From: a bacterium
GTDB taxonomy: Bacteria; Verrucomicrobiota; Kiritimatiellia; RFP12; UBA1067
Assembly (NCBI GenBank): GCA_025360845.1
Contig: JANYBJ010000239.1
Coordinates: 1 to 62,350, forward strand
Length of the DNA: 62,350 nucleotides
Direction of reading: 5' to 3'
Both the position numbers and the translations under genes were made by a program. The notes under the pieces are model-generated. The model ran no database searches, was not told the origin of the DNA, and worked only from the letters and a program-made list of their open reading frames with translations. Below, one piece after another: positions 46,555 to 54,425 of this stretch (position 1 is its first letter; each line of letters opens with the position of its first letter).

Positions 46555-46965
46555 TTGAAACGGACTGCCCTCTGTTTGGTGGCGTGTGCAGCCGTGGTTT
46601 GCGGCTTGGGGTTTTCCGCGCACGCCGAGCTGATCGGCCACTGGGTCGCGGGCGCGCCGAGCCGCAGCGAATCTTCCGGATATCGTCCTGCTGGCACGCA
46701 TGACGGCTTGGTGATTGGCAATGCCGAGGCGCTCTCCTACGTGGGCAGGAAGGCCTACACGCTTGAAGTGATTAACGCCGACAGCGGCGGGTGGGGCTGG
46801 ATGACCATGGATAACGTTGGTGCCGGGTCCTTTGCCGGCAAAGGCACCGCAGCCTTGAAGAAATCCGCATTCAGCGCCTCCGCCCAAAGCCTCGCGGCCT
46901 TGATTTCGCCGGCTTTATTGAGGTGGACTTTGTCTGTCGTATCCTCCTCGGCCAGGGTGTCGTAG
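46555..46965 (+). pseudogene. Deletion remnant of a secreted protein gene
   Basis: Signal peptide from TTG at 46555 (MKRTALCLVACAAVVCGLGFSAHA), a short N-terminal piece, then an unrelated-looking piece (EVINADSGGWGWMTMDNV), then antisense overlap with the convergent gene. Confidence 0.5.
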
Positions 46966-49376
46966 TCCGCGCCGGGGAAGCAGTGAGGGTACTCTTTGAC
47001 CATGCGCTCCTGCACCCGGCGGATCTGGCCGAAGCCATCCGGGGGCGACTGGCGGTTGACCACCACCGCCAGGCCAGGGAAGCCGACGTCTTTGCGGGCC
47101 TGTTCGATCCAAGCCTTGTAGTTCGCGATAATCTTGTCCTCGTCCTTCTCGGGCCAATCGTTCTGGCCCTGGTCGGCGAGGATCGCGCGCAGACCCGTGA
47201 CCGCGCAATACTTCGTCAGCGCGTGTTCAAGTTGGATGTAAGGCATTCGGATCGACGAAATCACGAACGGGTGCTCGAACGGTTCTCCGCGCGCGGATTT
47301 GGCCCAGTGTTCCAGGCTGGTGCCGCCAAAGGCCGCATTCAGCAGCAGCACCGGCACGTTCTGCGCCTTGGCGACGTGCTCCGCGAAGGCCGCCCAGAAG
47401 TACGTGCCTCGCCCGACTGGAGCAGGCTGGACGTTGGCCTCAAAATGCGTTCCGACCGCCTCCGGCAAATAACGCGGGTCGCCGGTAAATTTGTATCGGC
47501 GCTGCGCTTCCATATCGCCCGCAGGAAGCGCGATGGTGCTGACGCGGTCATCCTCCGCACCGGGAAGATTGATCTGTCCGCCGTGCGCGACCGAATGGCC
47601 CACAACCACAAATACCTCGCCGACGCCGAAGCGCTCGACCGCGGCGGCGGCCGAAGTTCCCTCTCCACGGGCGCGAACCTCCAGCGCGTACCAGCCCGCC
47701 GCGACCGTGAGCTTGCCTCGGTATCCGTAATCCGGCTGCACCGTTCCCAGCGAGGTCCACTCGCCGGCCTTGCCCGTGGCGGCGTCAACGATCCGCGCCT
47801 CGACCGGCGCTCCCGGCCACGCGCAGCTTCCGGCGACATGAATCGTCGCGTCTCCGGTCTGGCCGCGCTGAAAAACCAGCCGGTTCGCGGGCGCGGCGAC
47901 TGAGAGCGCCACTCGCGCCGTCGCGCCGCCGGTCGGCCGCAGGCGGATCAGCGCAAGGGCCGGAGCCTTCAGCGTCAGGCGCAGCGCGGCGCTCTTGCCC
48001 GTGACCGGCTCGCTCCGCGCATTCGCGAAATCGCTTCCGGCATCGACGGTGCGGATCTCCGCCGTCACGCCGCCGGTCCAGGCGAAGCCTTTCCAGCTCA
48101 GCGCGATCTCCGAGCGCGCGTCGTCGAAGTTGCTCACCAGAATGGATGCCTCGCGCCCGTCGGCACTCAAGCCGGCGCAGCAAGCCAATTTTCCGGCCAC
48201 GGCGCCGCGGGTTGTGACGCGCCGCGGCGTTTCCGCGAGACCCTGGAACGCGCGCAGGGCCTGGTAGGCCTTCAGCGGCGCGCCCTGCTCGGTGAAAATG
48301 CCGAATCCGCCCAGTTCGCCGTGGTAGAAATTGCAGACGTCAACCGGCGCATCCTGCAGTTCCAACAGCGAAGCCGCGACGAACGCGGCTCCCGGCGCGC
48401 CGGCCATTTGATCGTAGCAGCGCTGGCGCGTGGCCGGGGCACTCGAGCGATCGAGCGCTGCCCAGGAGTTGCCGGGAAGATAGTTCCACTCGTTGAGATG
48501 GCTCTCGGTCTCGGTGAAGCCCTTGGAGTCCAGCAGCCGCCGGATCGCCCGGGAGCGCGCGGAAAGTTCGGCGGGGTCAGCCGTGTAGCAGTGCCAGGAG
48601 AAGAAATTCAGCGGCACGTTGTCTTTCCGGCACATGGCCAAAAAGTTCGCGGCAAAGTCCGTCGGACGAAATTCGCCATCGACAAAACTGCCGCTGGCGC
48701 CGAGCGCCGGTCCGCCGACCTTCAGGGCGGGGAACTGCTTTTTGATGGCTGTCGCGGCGGTGCGGTAGAGCCGCAGGTAGTCGTCGTCCGTCCCGCTCCA
48801 CATGGCCGGGCGGTTCTCGGGCTCATTCCAAATTTCCCAGTAACGGATGTTGTGATGGAATCCGTTCGCCCATCCTTCGTTGTAATGACGGATAATGCCG
48901 AGGCAGACCGCCGACCACTTTTCCATGTCGGCAGGCGGATGGGCATATCGCTTGACACGCGTGTGCTCGATGCTCTCGCCCAGGCGGTAGATCGGTTCCG
49001 CGCCGGTCTTGCGCACCGCCTCGATGTATTCGTCGGTGAGCCTGAAATCATAGCTCTCCGGCAGTGCGGGATCGGCGTTCGGGTTGGGGAAAACCGCATG
49101 GTGATCGACGACATAAGGATTAGGCCAGCCGCAGTCGTGCAGGCGCGTGAACGGAATCCCCAGTTCTTTCTGCTCCTTGATCACGTCGAAGATTCCTCCC
49201 GGCGACAGCGGCCCCTTGTTGATGCCGTGGAGCGGGCGGATGGCGCCGGTGTGAACCGAGAAGTCTGCGCTCAGAACAGCCTCCTCGGCTCTGAGCGGAG
49301 AGGAGGAGAGGAAGACGGCGGTGAACCCCAGAAAACACAGGGTCGAAATCGAGCGGTGAGTATTCATAGGTGTCAT
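46755..49376 (-). CDS. GH39-like glycoside hydrolase fused to a sialate O-acetylesterase (SASA/SGNH)-like domain
   Basis: Clan GH-A motifs WEIWNEPEN and HLNEWN. Esterase motifs GEVFVVVGHS, DQGQND and DKVH. Confidence 0.82.
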   Translation of the reverse strand: MTPMNTHRSISTLCFLGFTAVFLSSSPLRAEEAVLSADFSVHTGAIRPLHGINKGPLSPGGIFDVIKEQKELGIPFTRLHDCGWPNPYVVDHHAVFPNPNADPALPESYDFRLTDEYIEAVRKTGAEPIYRLGESIEHTRVKRYAHPPADMEKWSAVCLGIIRHYNEGWANGFHHNIRYWEIWNEPENRPAMWSGTDDDYLRLYRTAATAIKKQFPALKVGGPALGASGSFVDGEFRPTDFAANFLAMCRKDNVPLNFFSWHCYTADPAELSARSRAIRRLLDSKGFTETESHLNEWNYLPGNSWAALDRSSAPATRQRCYDQMAGAPGAAFVAASLLELQDAPVDVCNFYHGELGGFGIFTEQGAPLKAYQALRAFQGLAETPRRVTTRGAVAGKLACCAGLSADGREASILVSNFDDARSEIALSWKGFAWTGGVTAEIRTVDAGSDFANARSEPVTGKSAALRLTLKAPALALIRLRPTGGATARVALSVAAPANRLVFQRGQTGDATIHVAGSCAWPGAPVEARIVDAATGKAGEWTSLGTVQPDYGYRGKLTVAAGWYALEVRARGEGTSAAAAVERFGVGEVFVVVGHSVAHGGQINLPGAEDDRVSTIALPAGDMEAQRRYKFTGDPRYLPEAVGTHFEANVQPAPVGRGTYFWAAFAEHVAKAQNVPVLLLNAAFGGTSLEHWAKSARGEPFEHPFVISSIRMPYIQLEHALTKYCAVTGLRAILADQGQNDWPEKDEDKIIANYKAWIEQARKDVGFPGLAVVVNRQSPPDGFGQIRRVQERMVKEYPHCFPGADYDTLAEEDTTDKVHLNKAGEIKAARLWAEALNADFFKAAVPLPAKDPAPTLSMVIQPHPPLSALITSSV

Positions 49377-49397
49377 CGTTTAGTCATGTGTTGAAAA

Positions 49398-51383
49398 CTA
49401 TTTTGCGTCCTTCTCGGTGGGGCTCGGGGCGACGGCTTTTTGCACGGTTACGTCGGCGTTCCGGTAAAGTCTCCCCTCCCACCAAGCCTCGCTGGCTTTC
49501 CATCCGCGTTGCATGATCCAGACCTCCTGCACGGATTTCGCACGATTGGCCATGGCGTAGAAGGGAATCGCGACAAACCCTTTTCCCTCGGCATCGTCGC
49601 CGGTTACGACCCGGACGCCACCGAGCAGATCGGGCCGGGCCTCAACCCGAAGCTGCGGTTGCTCCCCCAGTTCGATCGCTGCCTTTCCGCCGTTGTCGAC
49701 GCCCTCGAATCCATAGACCAGCGGACCGCGCTGAAGGGCCACCTTGCCCACGCAGTCCTTGATCATCGGGTGGGCCTCGATGCGCTGCACCGGCATTTCC
49801 ATAACGAACCCGATGACATCGTTATCGCGCCACTCGCGCTCCAAGCGGATGTAGCCGCGGTCGGTCTTGGTCAGGGGATTGACCGCCGAACCGTTGATCG
49901 CGAGCGTCGCGCGCTCGCACCAGCCCGGCCAGCGCAGATTGATAGCGAAGCGGGACACGTTACCGGGCGTCACGCTGATGTCCACCCGTCCTTCCCACGG
50001 ATACTCCGTCTTGATTTTCAGTCCGACCGGGCCGCCCTCCATCGGCAGCTGCACGGTTCCGGCCACGAATAAATTCAGGTACGCATCCCGGCCGCCAGAA
50101 GCATAGGCGTAACGCCCGACCTGAAAAAGGGTGCGTGACAGATTCGGAGGGCAACAAACCCACGAATTGTAGCGCTCGCGATTCATGTCGCTAAGGGGGT
50201 TTTGATAGTAGGAATGGGTGCCGTCCAGCGAGATGCCGTGCAAGACCGCATTGTATAGAACGCGCTCAAGCACATCGCCGGAATCGGACCCGCCTTCCAG
50301 AAGGAACATCCGCTGCGCGAAATCCGCCAGTCCGCAGGCCCCGCACGACTCGTAATAGCCGTTGTTGGGAAGCTCGTAATCCTCTCCCAACGCCTCATGC
50401 TCATGGCGAGGCCCGGTGCTGCCCGTGATCGTCATTCGCCGCAGCGTGACACTGTCCCAGAACCGGTTCGCCGCGAGACGATAGTCCGGCTCGCCGGCGG
50501 CCAAGGCCAAGTCCGCCACCCCGGTCGCAAAGAACGTGGACCGGACAGCGTGCCCGTCCAGATTCCGCTGCTGGCGAAGCGGAACCGAATCTTGAAAATA
50601 GGACCGAGGGGTTGCACCGTAGGGCCGCACCACCCCTCGCCCGCGCCACTCGACGAACGCGCGGGACAGCTCGACATACCGCGTGCGCCCGGTGGCGCGC
50701 GCCAATTCCACCAGCGCCATTTCCAGTTCAGCATGTCCGCAAAAACCGGGCACGCCCTTTGGCCCCAGAAAATGCTCGCACGCCTCGTCAGCCGCTTTGC
50801 AGGCAATGTCGAGAAAAGCGCGTTTGCCCGTGTTCGCATGATACTCGAGGGCGGCCTCGATCATGTGGCCCAGCACATAACCGTCGTGGGAGCCGTCGAG
50901 AAAGGCGGGGTCCCACTCCGGCTTGCCCTCATTGATGATAAAGACATGGGCATATCCGTTCGCGCGTTGCGCCCGCCCGAGCAGGTCCACGATCTCGTCC
51001 ACCTTCTGCTCCAGCGCGGCATCCGGAAACATCCCGAGGGAGTGGGCGATGGTTTCGAGGAGCTTATACAGGTTCGCCTCGTCCCAGGTGCCGTTGAACG
51101 GGCCGTCTATTTTTTCACCCGCCGCTTTGCGCAGCGCGCGCAGGTTGCCATCCATGTATTGCCACGAATGGGGGATGGAACGCTCTTGGTAAACCCGAAT
51201 TTTCGGCCCCCAAAAACCGCCTTCCAAGCGCACGTTGCGCACCGGCACAGGCGAGATCTTCCCCTCTCTCCCCGCCCAATGGCCCGCGCCTTCCGGAACA
51301 CCCGGCACCCCCGCCGCCGTGGCTAAACAGCCTCCGCCCGCACAGGCCATAAGGAACAGAGCGAAACGTTTGAACATCTTCAT
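49398..51383 (-). CDS. Beta-L-arabinofuranosidase-like glycoside hydrolase, GH127 family
   Basis: GHAELEMALVELAR.TG, GHAVR, YYESC..C, ERVLYNAV and CCPPN; ALQRGPLVY C-terminus. Confidence 0.88.
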   Translation of the reverse strand: MKMFKRFALFLMACAGGGCLATAAGVPGVPEGAGHWAGREGKISPVPVRNVRLEGGFWGPKIRVYQERSIPHSWQYMDGNLRALRKAAGEKIDGPFNGTWDEANLYKLLETIAHSLGMFPDAALEQKVDEIVDLLGRAQRANGYAHVFIINEGKPEWDPAFLDGSHDGYVLGHMIEAALEYHANTGKRAFLDIACKAADEACEHFLGPKGVPGFCGHAELEMALVELARATGRTRYVELSRAFVEWRGRGVVRPYGATPRSYFQDSVPLRQQRNLDGHAVRSTFFATGVADLALAAGEPDYRLAANRFWDSVTLRRMTITGSTGPRHEHEALGEDYELPNNGYYESCGACGLADFAQRMFLLEGGSDSGDVLERVLYNAVLHGISLDGTHSYYQNPLSDMNRERYNSWVCCPPNLSRTLFQVGRYAYASGGRDAYLNLFVAGTVQLPMEGGPVGLKIKTEYPWEGRVDISVTPGNVSRFAINLRWPGWCERATLAINGSAVNPLTKTDRGYIRLEREWRDNDVIGFVMEMPVQRIEAHPMIKDCVGKVALQRGPLVYGFEGVDNGGKAAIELGEQPQLRVEARPDLLGGVRVVTGDDAEGKGFVAIPFYAMANRAKSVQEVWIMQRGWKASEAWWEGRLYRNADVTVQKAVAPSPTEKDAK

Positions 51384-51412
51384 AAGCGCAGATTCCTAGT
51401 CAAAAACGCCGT

Positions 51413-53341
51413 TCATTTGGGTGATGCCGAGAGTCCGTATTTCGGGGTGCTCTTGCTGAAGACGCGGAGCATCGGCCACTGGCGATGCATCTTCACGTCG
51501 CGCTCCTGACCGGGTGCGATTTTCAACCTTACGTTCCACTCGGGAGTGTCGGCAAAGGGCCAGACAAGGAAGATCATCACCAGGTCGCCGCCGTTGTCCC
51601 ATTTGAAACAGAGCGGCTGTTTTTTTTCGGCCTTTTCGAGAATGTCGCGGCGCTCGTTACCCACAGGGCTCACCCACGATTTGCCGGCGTCCAAGCTGTA
51701 CTCCACAACGCTGCGAGGCATGGTGAGGAACCTTTCGTACTGTTTGAGGCGATACTCGGCCAACTTGGTATAGGCGAGGTTGTAGCGCGGCTCGCGGGGG
51801 TAAAGCGGCCCCTTGGGCACGACGCCCTCACCGCCATCGCTCGGAGCCCCCAGCACCAGCGGCGCCTTGGCCGGGCCGTCCGAGTCGGGTTCCCAGATGT
51901 ACGGCCCCATCCCATAATCATCGGGACGCCTGCTGCGGTCGCTGCCTTCCGGGCCGTTGTCATGCCACCAGTGAAACCCGTCGCCAAACAGGTGGCCGAT
52001 GTAGGTCGCGGTCATCACCCACCAGGGGGCGGGCACGATGCGGTTGTAATAGCCGAGCCACCCGCCTTCCATGCGGATGTACTGGCGGTAGGGCAGATCG
52101 TTGTCCGTGCCGAACCAAGCGAAACCGAGAATGGTGGAGTCAGCCGGGGTGATGAGCTTCGCGTTGATGGTGTCGAACAGATTGCAGTAGATCTGATAGA
52201 TCGCGGTGCGGCGACGATCCGGAAAGATATTCGATTTGAGATACCAGTCGATGGTGTAAACCCGGCAGACCTCGCGCATCGAATGCCGGGTGCCGTCGCG
52301 GTAGGTGAACGACCGGAAGGCGGGTCCGGTGTTCTTCTCGGGGTCTTCGGTCTGTTCAATGAACTGCGGACGCAGCGGATAAGCCTCGCCCTGGTCATAG
52401 AACGAGTTGTTCCATTTAAGGGCACGGTAGTAGTCGCCGCTCTTCCGGGCGGGATTCAACCGGTTCATTTCGGAAATGAAATCGTAATAATTCTGGAGCA
52501 CCTTTTCGTCCGGCAGATCGATGCTCCAGTACGTCGGGGTGTTATGCCAGCCGGGCTGCTTTTCCCAGTCGGTGAGATAAAAAGCGAGCGGCGGGACCTT
52601 CGACGCGTAGCTGGCGAGTTCCTCCTTGCTCAGCGCGGCGAAACCCTGTTCGCCCATGGCATCGAGAGGGTCGCCGACCGTCAACAGCATGTTTTCGTGT
52701 CCGCCCGGGCCCACGCCGCTGGCGGTGTGGCTTGCGCCGTGCCGGAGGATATCCTCCCACGTCTGATCTGCGTTATATCGATAGGAGGGCGAGGTTTTGC
52801 CCAGAATCGGCGCAAAAGGCGGGATGGCCTTAAGCTCCTGATCGCGCCAGTCCTCGGTATCGATGGCAAAGGTCGGAGGAATGAACAACTCGCCCTCCAC
52901 GCCGAGCGGACCGGGCTTGATCACCCACTCCATGGCCGTTTCCGCGTCCTTCAAGTCCCACATGTCTTTGCCCTCCCGCCAGCGTTTGCACTGGATCTGA
53001 CAGATGCCGCCACGCTCCGGCAGAGGATATCCCTTCTCGAGCGAGGGCCCGATGTTCTCCATGTCCACGTAGTAGGCGCGGCGCGGACGGGAGTCCTTGT
53101 AGTCGGCATTCTTGATTCTGTCACGGACGAAGCAGCGCCCGCCTTCCCGATAAATCTCGATGTCCATGAAGCCCGGAAAAGCCTTCGAATAGATGACCTT
53201 CGCCTCGACGTTCCAGGCCGGAATCTTGGTGTTCATCGGCTCGGGCGGCACGCCCCCGGCTTTAACCATTGTTTCTGCGGCGGTGGCTACGTTCGACACA
53301 AAGATGAGAATAATGATCGAGCGGATAGCTAAGTTAATCAT
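51413..53341 (-). CDS. Secreted hypothetical protein (~642 aa)
   Basis: Likely start MINLAIRSIIILIFVSNVATA at 53341; the track's extension to 53614 overlaps the regulator. Aromatic-rich; family not recognised. Confidence 0.75.
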   Translation of the reverse strand: MINLAIRSIIILIFVSNVATAAETMVKAGGVPPEPMNTKIPAWNVEAKVIYSKAFPGFMDIEIYREGGRCFVRDRIKNADYKDSRPRRAYYVDMENIGPSLEKGYPLPERGGICQIQCKRWREGKDMWDLKDAETAMEWVIKPGPLGVEGELFIPPTFAIDTEDWRDQELKAIPPFAPILGKTSPSYRYNADQTWEDILRHGASHTASGVGPGGHENMLLTVGDPLDAMGEQGFAALSKEELASYASKVPPLAFYLTDWEKQPGWHNTPTYWSIDLPDEKVLQNYYDFISEMNRLNPARKSGDYYRALKWNNSFYDQGEAYPLRPQFIEQTEDPEKNTGPAFRSFTYRDGTRHSMREVCRVYTIDWYLKSNIFPDRRRTAIYQIYCNLFDTINAKLITPADSTILGFAWFGTDNDLPYRQYIRMEGGWLGYYNRIVPAPWWVMTATYIGHLFGDGFHWWHDNGPEGSDRSRRPDDYGMGPYIWEPDSDGPAKAPLVLGAPSDGGEGVVPKGPLYPREPRYNLAYTKLAEYRLKQYERFLTMPRSVVEYSLDAGKSWVSPVGNERRDILEKAEKKQPLCFKWDNGGDLVMIFLVWPFADTPEWNVRLKIAPGQERDVKMHRQWPMLRVFSKSTPKYGLSASPK

Positions 53342-53390
53342 GGGCGTCTCTTTGATTGGAGTTAATACGGGTTGCGGACTTATCCTTCTT

Positions 53391-54287
53391 CTAAACGCGC
53401 GGTTCCGCCCGTTGCGCCGCACGGTAGTCGCGCGGCGAGAGTCCCGTTTTCTTCTTGAAGACCGTCGAGAAATGCGCGGCAGACGGAAAGCCGGTCTGTT
53501 CGGCGACCTTTGACAACGACGCAGTGGATGCCTCGAGGCTGCGGCAGGCGGCGGCCAAACGACGGGTGATCCGGTACTGCGCCGGACTGGTGCCGACCTG
53601 CGCCTTGAAGGCATGCCGGAACGCGGAGTAACTCATGCCCAAGCCGCACGCCACCGTTTCAAGATCCGGGCTCTCGTTCAGCGGTGCCGCATCCAACAGC
53701 GCCCGCGCCCGCTTGATCTTTTCCATGGTCTGAGCAGCCCCGTCCTTCTCCCTGAGCTGAGCATGACATGCGCGTTGCGCGGCATCGACGAGCGCGCGCA
53801 GCTCGGGATAGGCGGCGCCCAAGGTGTCCAGCGGCAAGCGGCTCGACGGCCCCGTGAACCAGATGCCGGCAACCGGCACTCCTGCGGGATCGAACACCGG
53901 CACGGCCAGGCAGTGGCACCCCTCTACCTCCTCGGCCCGGTCCAGCGCATAGCCGCACGCCCGGATCGCGGCCAACTCTTTGCGGAACGCCTGCCGCGTC
54001 GTCAGCGTGTTCTTTGTGAAACGCCGGAACACCATCCGCTTGAAGAGCGCCTCGACCCGCTCACGGGGAAGAAACGCCAGCATCGCTTTCGCCGGCGCGC
54101 CGGTGTGGAGCGGAAAACGGTGCCCCGCACACAGGGTGAAACCGAAACGCCCCGTCTCCTGAACCGCCGCGACGATCACCCCGACCGCTGCCGGCTCGTC
54201 CAATACCGCCAGTCCGACCGTCTCGTGGAAACGCTCGCGGATCTTCTTCAGGCAAGGCAACATCATGTCCGACCAATCAATTTTCAT
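53391..54287 (-). CDS. Hybrid regulator: IclR-type effector-binding domain + C-terminal AraC HTH
   Basis: ETVGLAVL, G.RFPLHTGAPAKAMLA, FTKNT and IRACGYALDRAE..EG..CLAVPV (IclR effector domain); MSYSAFRHAFK..VG.SP..Y and FSTVFKKKTGLSPRDYR (AraC). Likely ATG at 54287. Confidence 0.85.
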   Translation of the reverse strand: MKIDWSDMMLPCLKKIRERFHETVGLAVLDEPAAVGVIVAAVQETGRFGFTLCAGHRFPLHTGAPAKAMLAFLPRERVEALFKRMVFRRFTKNTLTTRQAFRKELAAIRACGYALDRAEEVEGCHCLAVPVFDPAGVPVAGIWFTGPSSRLPLDTLGAAYPELRALVDAAQRACHAQLREKDGAAQTMEKIKRARALLDAAPLNESPDLETVACGLGMSYSAFRHAFKAQVGTSPAQYRITRRLAAACRSLEASTASLSKVAEQTGFPSAAHFSTVFKKKTGLSPRDYRAAQRAEPRV

Positions 54288-54425
54288 GCCCCAGTATAAA
54301 CCCATCGGAAACCGACGTAAACAAACCTTTGCCAAAAAACGAAACTTTTTTGCAAAAATGCCAGAAGAGGGATTTTATTCCGCACAGGGAACGTGCATAC
54401 TAATAACAACTCAGGGGAACAGGTT

